Shown piece after piece: positions 12,801-24,800 of a DNA stretch of 64,000 bases (its first letter is position 1; every line of letters starts with the position of its first letter). The DNA lies in the IMG/VR virus record IMGVR_UViG_3300010158_000057. The stretch is one strand, 5' to 3'. Source of the DNA: an uncultured virus (IMG/VR IMGVR_UViG_3300010158_000057). Taxonomy: Duplodnaviria > Heunggongvirae > Uroviricota > Caudoviricetes. A program made the translations under genes and the position numbers. The notes under the pieces are model-generated. The model was not told the DNA's origin. It ran no database searches and saw only the letters and a program-made list of their open reading frames with translations.

Positions 12801-15800
12801 ATTACCAAATTTTTTCTTGCTATCTGTTAATTGTGTTGCTTTTTTATCAGAACTAAGTTTTTTAGCAGTTTCTACGATATAGTCTCTTAAGAAAAATTGA
12901 ATATCTCCACTAAAAATATCCCCAGTTTCTTTAAATTGATCTCCAAATCCTCCTGGGGCATCTGCTTTTGTTAATAATCCTAATAGGTTTTTATTTAATT
13001 TTAGTTTGAATAGACCATCTAAATTAGATCTCTCTAATGTTTGTGTTTCTTTACTATCATATCCATTAGCCATAGCAGATTTTAAATATGCTAGTAACTT
13101 GGGATCATTATTTATCTGTTCAGATAGCTGATCTGGGATATATTTTTCTAATCCATTTGATGTAGCAAATAGTCTTTTGTCTCCAGTATTTAATAATTGT
13201 AATATATTATCTGTTGACCCCTTAGCGCCTGCTGTTTCTCCTCCTGCATTCAATAGATATAAGGAATCAAATCCGTCTACAATAGGTTTGCCAGATTTGC
13301 TATTTGTTTTGGTATCCCACCATGTTGGTTTATTATTCTGAGAATAATTTAATCTATAAGGTAATTCTAATTGGGGATCATTAAGTTTTATCTTGCCAGT
13401 AATACTATTCTCTATAATATCTGGGTTAGCTTGTTTAGCTCTATCTTCTACCTTTCTTGTTACTTGGGCAGCGGTTGCTTTGTCAAATTCCAGTCCACTG
13501 TCCATCCATCCAAACTGTTGGAGTTTGGTAAAATCTCCTTCTGGCCATACATCGAATGGTAGTTTAGTTGGATCTTTACCATAATAAGATAGTTTTTCTA
13601 AAGTTTCTTTATTTTTGGAATTATTTATTGATTGTTGTAGCATTTTAACATATGGAGGCCATTCTCCAGTAGATATGCTAAAAACATTAACACTATCACT
13701 ATCAGAACCAAGTTTTTTCAAATCAAAATAATCATTATTTATATCTACAGAACTTTCTGTCTTATCTGATATTCTCTTGAGTTTTTTTGCAATGACTGCT
13801 TCGTATTCTGCCTCCTTGGCTGTTAGTTTTTTATTTTTAAGATCATTTATGTATTTTTCTCCTGTAATTTTTTGTCTTAGAGATACTAAGCTAGACATAT
13901 CAGATCCTGGTAACTTTATGGTTTGGGGCTTTTTACCTAAACCACTAATCCATCCATCCATGAAACTTTTTGAAAGTCCATAATCTACTATTTTGGGTGG
14001 AGTTACAGAATAATCATATTCAGACTTTTTCCCTGCTCCAGTAAATCCATTCGTATTTGAAGTTCCTCGGGTCTGTGGTGAAATACCCATAATATCTTTA
14101 CCGAGTCTTTGCAATACTATATCAGGAAGATTTTCTTCACTGTGTCCAGCGCCTAAATTCCCCAAAAGACCATCTACGGTTGGTAGACCAGAAGAGCGAT
14201 CTGAATATAGTCCAACATATCCGCTGACTGGTTTAGACATACCTTTTATTGAAAATTCGCCAGGTTTTCCTGTTGTACTCACTGAAGGAAATTCTTTTAT
14301 TGCATTATTAATACTATCTGGAGATGGAATATTAAAATTAGCAGCACCTACAGAAATATCATATGCATCATTTTTTTGTTCAATCTTTGTTGGCAATAAT
14401 CTATTAACTTCTGTCAATTTTTCAATATATTGTTCAAATTTCTTTTTTGCTTCTAATTCTGGACCATCAAATATCAAAGGTTTTTCATCTAGTATGCTTT
14501 TAGTAGTAGTTCCTGGCGATAAAAATACACCAAGAGGAACAATAGAAGGGGTCCCTGCTCCTGCTGGTTCTGTATATTTATATGCTCCTCTATTCTTCTC
14601 TTCTTTCTGGCTAAAAAACCATGCTAGATATGTAGCACTAGGTGGAACTCCATATCCTAAGTTGGGCTGATCAGAATAACCAATTGTATGGGTTTCATTT
14701 TTTTTGCCTGAACTATCTATCTGTCCTGAAGCTGTACCAGCTCCAAAACTAGGTAATATTTGTAAATTTTTAAAGGTATTCAAGCTGCCTGTTGTAAACT
14801 CTTCAGATAAGTTGGGATAATTTTGAGTTCCATTATCAATACTAAATGTTCCTGTTTTTCTTATTAGAGGCTCCCCGGTTGATCTGTCCACATATTTATT
14901 TTGTAATAGCGAACTAACATATCCACCATCAGCATAGTATGATACTTGTCCTCCATTACTATATCCTTTATTCATTCTGCTTAAAGTTCCAGAACCAATC
15001 CTATCCACAGCAGGTTTGCTCATAACAAACTCGCCAGGAGTTAGCATCGCTGGTACAGTATCAGTGCCCTGTGGCTGAAAATCCACATAAGAACCAGCAG
15101 CAGAATATATAATACCGCCAGAGGCTCTAGCAACAGGGGCTCCAGGAGCCACAACCGTTGTTGCACTTCTGATCCCAGCTACTATATCTTTAATTTGTCC
15201 TTCATCAAACTTAACTCTAGTATTTGTTATAGAGTCTTTGAGAGCCTTGGACATATCTTCTACTAATTTAGTTGAAATATTTGTATTAAGTTCTGCTATT
15301 GCTCTATTGGCTTCTGATTGAACCTGTACAGCATTCTTATACTCTTCTGTGGCTTGCTTAACCGCTGGATCTGCTTCTGGATTTCTGATAGAGTTAATAA
15401 TAGATTGAAATTGTGGATTTAAACCTATTCCACTAGTTTGAAGTAAATTCTCTAAGGTATTAGCTTTAAAATTATGTGCTTCTTGGTTACTTCCCATCAA
15501 AGGAGTAATATCATTCAATACAGATAATATTTCTTTTCTCTGATCTGCTGTTTGATAAAGTCTTTCTCCTCCTGCTGTTCTTTGTAACCTAACAAGTGCT
15601 CTATTAAAAGTATCCAATTCATCAGGAGCACTACCAACTAATTTTTCAATTAATGAAACTTTGCCTGCCTGTTTTTGTTGAGCAGCTTGAATAGCGCTAA
15701 GAGCATTAGATGCTGCATCGCCACTATCTGCCAAGTTCTTTAGTGCTGTATATGTTTGATTTAATTGATAGTTTGTTCTAGATAGTGCTTTTTCATTATC

Positions 15801-18800
15801 TATAATCGCATTAATGGCTCCTGGCTGCCCGATTGATCTGTTTTTAAGTTCATTAAGATTATCTCTTTGATTAGTAGAACGAGATTGAAGTTGATTAATT
15901 TGAACTAAAAGATCATTAGGATCCGTAACTCCTCCGGTCATGCGAGATGTTCTTTGGTTTCTTAGAACATTGCCAAGAGCTGGATTTATATCAGAGCCAA
16001 AAGTTTTTGCTAATTGTATAGAGCTATCAATAACAATATCGTCTGCCTTAAATCTTCTCTCAGCAGCTTCTCTTAATTTTTCACTACTCATTTCTAATTT
16101 TTGGGTGAATTTATCTAATACTGTCTGATAATTTTCTAGAGAAGCTATAACACTATTATTTGTTGTTTTTAAAGCATCTACTGTGTCTTTTAATCCAGGA
16201 ATAGCTCTAAGTAGTTCTGCAAAATCAATTTTCCTATCTTTGGTCCCTTCTCCTTCTTTGCGTCTTATTTCTGTGATCCCGATACCAATGCTCTTAGATA
16301 ATTGAGCTGTTAAATCAGGAGGCAGATTAGATTTACCTAATAAATTATTAATGCTATTTTCTATGTCTGAAGAAATTTTGGTATCTGAAGCTCTGGGATT
16401 AGTCTGTATTGTCTTATTAATTGTGCTCATTAATGAAGATTCTAAATCTCTACCAAGAACCAGTATGGATTCAACCAGCTTATTCTCTGTTCCAAATAAA
16501 GAAGAACCAGTTGATGCAGCAGAAGCAAAACTGGCTGATGATGAGATATTTGGGGTTTTTAGGGTATTAATAGTATCTAGGTTGGTTTTACCTATGGAGG
16601 CTTGACCACCGAAAGCATTAATAGAAGAGTCTAGTCTATCACTAAAAATATCTAAAGAATTATTTGTTGACATGATAGATTGGTTCATATTAGCAAACAT
16701 TCTATCAAAACTCATAGAAAACTGTCTACCAGCTCTTTCTGAGAGTTCCATTGCTCTCTCTTGCTGTGCTTGTCTGGTGATTTTTATAAGTTGCTCTTCT
16801 GCATATTGTCTAATAATGGAAGTTTTAGCGGCTTCTTTATTTACAAGATTGGACCTCTCTATTGCCAATATTTGTTCTTGTACTGCATTATTAGCTAAAG
16901 CAATATTTCTTGCCAATACTTCATAATCTGGCTCCTTAGAAATTTCTGTAGCAGTCTTGCCAGACTTGGCTTTGTTAAGAATGAATGCTTGAGAAGATTC
17001 AGAGAGTGCTGAAGATCTCTTTGCTCTTTCTTGGGCTTCTTCTGGAGCCATCATTTCTAAATACATTTTACGATTTTTATCCGCTCTAGCATCTGCCCCA
17101 ATAGCATTAAGTCCAAAATTTGCCTGACCAAAACCGGTAGATCGGTAATAGGCAGCTGTTCCGAATTTCTCTAGGATTTTAGATCTGTCCGAAGAGGCCT
17201 GAGTTCCATTAGCGGTACCTTTATCTCTTGAGTCCCTACTGGCGAATAGAGCATCCAAGCCATTAGCGAAAAAAGCTTTAGGGAAACTTGAATCTATCTG
17301 TTCTAATCTGCTGACATTACCTGCTCCTTTTTGTATTTCTGAAGAAATTTGATTTTGAATCCTTATATCTTTCGTATCTTTAGCTAGCTCTGCAAATAAT
17401 TGTTGTAAATTACTTAATGATACTTCTAGTTGTCTATTTGCTAAATTCTTTTCAAATTCGATAAACGCATTTCTTGCTTTTATGGCAGCACTAGCAAGTG
17501 TAGCAATAGCTGTAGCAGCGAGGATGGGGCCAGCGGCTCCTGGTAACTGTCCAGCTAATGTTAGTCCTGCAGAGGCTGTCTCTCCAGCACCTCTTAATCC
17601 TCCCATAAAAGAAGCACTACTAGAAGTTTTTGCTGATGGTCCAAAGGCTTCGATTAACCCAGGCGCTGTTGCCAAAAGTCCTAATCCTGCAAGTCCTGCT
17701 TTACTAGAAAAAATGCCTGATAGTGATTGAGGTATACTTCCTTCTTTAAGTCCTGGCAGTCCTTTTTCTTTAGCAATTGGATCAAGGACCTCTCTTCTTT
17801 GTGAGGTTTCTTGTTTTGCTTGTGCTCTGATCTGATCAAGCATTTTCTTTTGTTCTTCAAAGCTTGCTTGCTTAAATGCTTTTGTTCTTTGTAATTCGTC
17901 CATTTTGTCCGCTAGTACTTGACGATCCATTTGTGTCAAAGTTTTACGATCAAGCATTGATTGAGCAATATATTGCTGTATGTCCGAAGCTTCCAGATGT
18001 TGTTTAGTAAATTCTTTACGATCAACTCCTGTTACCTCTTCTGTAGCAGCAATTATGGATTTAGATTTAATTTTTTCTCTTGATTCTGGAGTATCGGTCA
18101 TAGACTTGGCTGTTGCTGCTATCTGCTGTGAACTTAAACCCGAACCCATAAGACTTAATCTATTAGAGTACTCTGTATTTTCTCTAATTTTTGGTTCTAG
18201 TTCTGATGCCTTGGTCAAAATGGCCTGTTGAGCTGCTCCTGATCCTAGCTTTTTCCCCGTATCAGAATTGCTAAAAGATTTTTCTAAAAATTGTTTATTT
18301 GCAACAGCCTGAGTTGATTTTTCTCTAGTTAATTTGATAACGTCTTCCAGAGCTATGATTTGCTTAGAAGATAATCCCGCAATTTTCGCTCTTTCAAGAT
18401 CTGCTTCCATAGCATCTATGGTTGCTTTGTAACTAATATCTCCACCACGCTTAACTAGGGCCGCAGTTTCTGATGTTTTTACTCCCACATTCTCAAGTGC
18501 TTTACCTAATAAGCTTAAAGCATCTATAGTACTACTATCGTTTATTTTCGTAGTTGAGCTATCAATAGTATTCGGTCTGATACTCATAGCTCTAGTTGGA
18601 ATACTATTCAGCATCGAAGATACAACAGATAAAAACTTACCAAGATCCTGAATTGCTCCACCATCAGCATAACCTACTCGTAAACCAACAGCTCCACCAC
18701 TTGCAAATTTACCTACCTTATTCATTGAGTGTAATTTAGGATATCCTATTTTTTGAGCAGCAGTCTTGGAGAAGACAAATTCTCCGGGAGTCAAGAGGGC

Positions 18801-21800
18801 TGGTACCTTGTCGGATACCGAGCCTCCGGCAGCATATCCCGCCATAGATGCTAGTTTATCTGGACCAATAGAGTTTACGCTACTCTTTCTTATAACGAAA
18901 TCTCCAACATTAAGCATAGCTGGTACAGTATCACCATTTCCAACACCAGGAACCATTCCTCCAGCAGCAAATTTGGGTAGCGTATCCATAAAATCTGGTT
19001 TTAATCCAGCATTTTCAAAAACTTTTGATAAAATTTCAGCAGCCTGTTTATTTCCTTCTGATGCTGCACCTAATAAAACCGGAACAGTTTCATTTGCTCC
19101 TAATTGTTTTTGATTGTCTATTAATAAAGAAAGGAGATGATCGCTCGATATCGTCTTATCTCCTTTGAACCTTTTTGCTTTAGTTACAGCTGATCTGGCT
19201 GAGTCTCCCAGATCCGTACCATAAGGACTATTACTAGACGAGTCTGGAAATAGTTGCTTAAACTGATAATTCCCTTTTTCTGTGAATTTTTTATTTGTTG
19301 GATCTTTATACCATCTCTCAATATTATCCTTTTCAGAGCCTACTGATGATATTAGTTTATCCATAATTTTTGGATGATTGTCATATAAAAATCCTTGAAT
19401 ATCATGGAATGTTTCGTGAGCTAGTACTCCTTTGTGCTTGGCTCCTCTTAAAGATATCTCGTCTTCATTGCCTATAAATGCAAGATTTTGGGAAATGAAT
19501 TTATCTAAACCTTCTGCCTCTATTGGGGGAAGCTCTGATCTTCTTTTGTTTAATAAATGTCTTAATGATTTATAGTCTAATCCACCAGAGTAATAAGCCT
19601 TACCCGAGTCATAAGATGCCAAACCCAATTTTTGAAAAAGAGTTTTCTGGACAGGGGGTGTGATATGGATACTTTTTCCTTCTCCCGACGGCATTTTCAA
19701 CATACCATCTTCGGTAAGCATCTCGGGAGGTAGTATGCTACTCAAAACTTGTCTGTATTGTTCGAGGTGCTTGTTTACTTTTCCTCCGGTAGCCATAGTG
19801 ATACTAATTTTACCGTATTCTTTTTCTTTTTGGGGAGTTTCAGCAAGTCCACCATCAGCAAATGCTTGAGCAAGAATACCTTTATTTCCATTCTCTTTAT
19901 AGTATCTTGTAAATTCTTTTTTAGCATCAGAAATGGCATTAGAGTCTAGTGTTCTCTTAACTTCTGTTGGCCAATCAGAACCTATTCCAGGAAAATATTG
20001 AGCAGCAGGGCCTAGGCCGTTCTCGTAATCTACTGCTCCATTCTGGATCAATCCTCCAGTAGCTCCCATCACAGTCATAACAGATTGTGTGATTGCCCCT
20101 TCTATATTGGGAAATCCACTAGCGGATTTTTCTTCTTGGGTCAAATCCTTTAGTTCTGTATAGTGAAATGCTTTTTTCCCAGCTTTTCTGGTTTCGGTAA
20201 CATTTTGTAAATTATCGTCAATTAGGGCTTCTAGTTGTTTAACGTCTTGAGCTTTAGCTTTTGCTATAGTAGTATTATTAATACGTTTAGTTGTTTCATC
20301 AGCTATATCTAATTTGCTTTCTCCTATTGGCTTGGATACTCCAGTAATATCAGATACTTGGAATGGTAGTTCCAGTCTTTGTAAAGTTTCAGCTAGTATT
20401 CCAGCTGTTTCTTGTGGTCTTGCAGTTAAAATTCTAGATTTTTTAAGGAAAGAAGGATCTTGAGCTATTAATTTTTTGAGTTTTTTGCCTAATTGAGTTA
20501 GTTCTGCATTTTTCATAGATTCTCTAACGGCTTCAAAATCACTATATTTTGGAATGTCTGGATTGCCATTAGCATCTACAATATCAGCGCCAGTAACTAA
20601 AGTTTCATCAAAATCAAAAGCATATTTTTCACTAGAGCCGAAAATTTTTGTGTCTTGAATATCAGAACCAAATTGATTAACTACTCCCTCAACTCCACGT
20701 CTCATATTCTTTACTGCTGTATCATATTCAGAAGATAATCCAGCAATAAACAATGTAACATTTTTATCGCCAAGTTTCATCGGTCCCTGGATTTCTTTTT
20801 TATCTGTTGGCTGTAATCCTACTATTCCTAATTTAGTAGACTTATTAACATCTCTAATTGTTAATTTTGTTTGTTCTGTAGTATCATCTTTTAGCTCTTG
20901 AGCTAAGTAATTTTTAGCTGCGGTATAGTTTGCTGTTTTTTCTGGAGTCATTGATGAGGCAAACGATTTTCTCCATACGGCATTAACATTATCTATGCTA
21001 ATGGGTTTGCCAGCAAACATACCCAAAGATGGATCTGTAGGAAAATTTTTTCCAGAATATAATTGGGCTATGGTTTTTGCAGGGACATCGGTTGTTACAC
21101 TATCTGGGAGTCCAAACTCTTTTAGCCATTCTGGCTTATCTTTCATAGAATCATATATTGACTGAAGTAATGGACTCAGTGTTCTTCCTCCCTCAGAAAA
21201 TCTTTGAGCTTTACCTCCTAATGAGAGCATTTGGGCCTGAATATTTATTCTGCTTTTTTCATTTAAAATTTCAGATATTCCAGCTTCAAAGTCTGGTTCA
21301 TAAACTGTAAATTCTTCTCCGGTATCTGATTTAGCAGCGAAGGACTTTTGCTCTTTCTTCTTTTTAATTCCTGATAATTTTTCTTTAAGATCTTCTGATA
21401 TATTCCCACTAGCTTTTAAGATTTTAAATTGACTATTGGGTTGTAATACAAATTCTTTTTCTTGGTCATAACCAGCAATTTTATGCTGTTTGATTTTATC
21501 TAATCCTGGTAATCTACGAGATGTTGGAGATGCATCTGTAGGAGATGTTCCTTTGGCTTTCAATATATCTATTCCCAAAGACTTAGACTTACTAGAATCT
21601 ATAGAAAATAATGATCCGGGATCTCCAACGAATCCTTCTGCCATGTTTGGGTTTACAGAAGCAGATAAGAAAGTTGGAAAGTCAACTGTTTTGCCAATCA
21701 TACTCTCAATAGATTTGGAGGTTTGACCAATTAAATCGTCTGGAGAAATATTTGTATCTTTTAGTATTTCATTAAATTGACCTCTTCCCAAACCACTATA

Positions 21801-24800
21801 TAGTTTTTTGGGCAATTTATATTGGCTAGCTGCGCTTAGTCTTCCTACTAAATCTTCAGTATCGTAAGCTTCATTTCTGTCTGTGAAAATAAAGTCATTA
21901 TTAACCATAGCTCTTGTGAGTGGTCCAGAACCAGCCTGATAATAGGTAACAGCATCTAATAATTCTTGAGAATTATATCCTCCTGTTGGTTTTAGAGCAG
22001 ATTTAGCCGAACGGGGGCCTGTGATAAACTGAGACATCGCATTATATCGTTCCAACATTTCTTTAGCATCAACAACTTCTTTTTCATTTTCTTTAGCATA
22101 AGTTGGGACATACGAGCCTGTTTCGTCAGAAAATACCATCGCAGACTGTAAAAATTTAAGATCTTCTTTGAGGGTGGATTTCTTTTGAGACTGCATTCGT
22201 TGTACCCAACCACCATCCAAAAATCTTTGAACTGCACCGAAAGACATCGTACGCATAGGAGCGGAAACATCATCCAATGTTGTGCTCAAATCCAAACCAT
22301 ATTTTTCTGGTTGTTTGACAGCTAGTGCGGCTAATAGTTTGTGTGGTTCAAATGATGCTGATGATTTGATATTATCTCTTTTTTCTCTTAACTCCTTGAG
22401 GGCCTCAACTTTTGCAGCATATTCTGGATCGGTTTCTGCTTTTTTATTATCTATTCTGGAAATACCTACAGTTTTAATTTGTTGTTCTATATCAGCTAAT
22501 TTAACGCCTTGTGTTTGTTTGACTTCTTCTATGATTGAAGGAAGTATTTTACTTCTGTTCTGAATTCTCCCTATATTTCTCGAAATTAGATCATAAACTC
22601 CAGGACTCAATACCTTTTGTAATTCTCCAAGATTGCCTTCTTTTATAAGGTCACGAACCATCGTTCCACTAATACCACCAGTTCTCTCTATATTCTTAAC
22701 TTTATATCCAGCTGTTTTATATTTTTCTGTTTCTTTTGGATCTTTATCAGCCACAAATGTTGTGCTACCTTTAGCTGGTACTAATACTTTGCGGCGTTCT
22801 CCTGGTTCAGAGAGGTCGAAAGCTTGAGGAACTTCAAAGTCTCTTGGTTTTGGAAGCACAGTGGCTCCACGAGCACCAGCACCAGCTTTTGCCAATAAAA
22901 CTCTAGTATCTTGATCAAATATTGCTGTTCTATAGGATTGCTCTTTTCCAGGGACTATTCCTTCGTTGGATCCAACCATATAAATGAAATCTTCTGGGGG
23001 TATGCCCATTGCGGCTGCCGCATCCAGAATACTTTCATGACCAGCGGTCATTGGAGAATAACCTCCCCATGTAAATCCTATTTTCTTTTTAACCACATCA
23101 ACCAGTTCATCTCCCTGTTTTCTGCGTAATCTGCCACTCTCAGAGCGACCTAAAACAGTAGATCTATTACCAAGTCTGTCTGATAATAAAGCTTCACTGA
23201 CAGCGGTATCTGTTGCAACATTGGTTGTGGATCCAGGTTTACGATTTTCTAAACCTATACCACTAATGTCTCTTCCAACTCTACGAGATCTAACTCCTTC
23301 TCTTTCCTCTTTAGTAGTAGAGCTTAAAGTATATGTTCTGTCTGTCTCTCCAAAAACGTTATCTAATTTATCTTTTGAAACACTACTACTTAAAACTAAA
23401 ACCTCAGTAGCTCTTTGAATATCTTCTGGAGATAATATTGGGAATCTTTCAGTTTGTCTTAAAGTTCCACTATCTGTTCCTTGGCCTCTTGCTAGTGTTG
23501 TTTTACCACTACCAGCAACACCATATATTGCTCTTAATTTATCTAGACTACTTTCTTTTCTTGCTTGTATTGCTAGCTGTGTTAAATGATCAGTATACAG
23601 TCTAGGACCGGTCATTCCGGTGGCTTCCATACCCTTCTTGACAACGGCTTCATTATCAGGATTAGCAATAACGTCATAATCAATATATCCAACTTTTCGT
23701 TGAGCTACTCCACCGTCTGCAAATTTTTGTGCTTTCCCTCCACGGCTTAACATTTTTACAGCCCAATCCATATTGAGCGATTCAAGAAGATTTCCACCTT
23801 CTGTACTATTATCGTTAGCCTCTATATTTTTTACTTTAAATTGAGAATTTCTTGGTAGAATATATTCTGATTCAATATCATAATCGTCAGCATAATTTTC
23901 ATCGGCTTTGCCCTTACCGTAAGAATCAGAGATAAGTCTCTGGTCTATTTTTCTTGTTTTTGATTTGTCTCTGTTAATTGTTTCTGTCTTAGCTCTTTCT
24001 GGACTTAATCCTTTGCTTTTTTTGTTTGTTTCTATTGTCATCATGCCTGTTCTTGCAAAGCTTTCTGCTGTGGCTGGCACTTCTGAAGTAGATAAGAAAG
24101 AAGGTATACTGACAGTTTTTCCAACTAGTTTTTTGGTATCTTCTAGTTTATTAATTTTTACGCCAGCTGATTCTATAAATAGTTTTTGCTTACTAGCTCC
24201 TATACCACTATATAATTTTTCTGGTAATGAAAATTGCATAGCAGCATCTAATGATCCAGCAAAATAAGACAATGGCTGATCTACTGCTGGTCCAAGTTTT
24301 TTTCTTTTTGTCTTATTCAAACCTGCTACATCAGCTAATGACTGACTTAAATCTTCTTTTCTACCCAAAGCGGGATTAAGAGCTCCGTCTAAGCCTATTG
24401 CCTGATATGCTCTAATAGTATCTAGCATATCACTAACGCTATAGCCTTTATTAGCAGTTAGATTTTCAACATCTCTACCTTCTAAACTTTTAACTTTATC
24501 AATATATTTGACATCATTTTCTAACACGCTCAAAGGAACATCAACGTATTCTCTGTCTGGATTGTATCTAACTATACTTTTTGGTCCAACCTTATCTATA
24601 TTTTCTTGTTTATTACCAGGACCCAAATTTCCCCTATATGCTTCATTTAATGCTTGTTTAACAACACCCCCATAAACTCCTCTTGTTATTTCATATGTTT
24701 TATTTTCTGCAATTAACGATTTAAGATGATCTGAAATGTTAGATGGAGCTTTTGGTAAAGTTATTTCTTTCTCAACTTCTTTTCCCTTTTGTGGTTCTTT

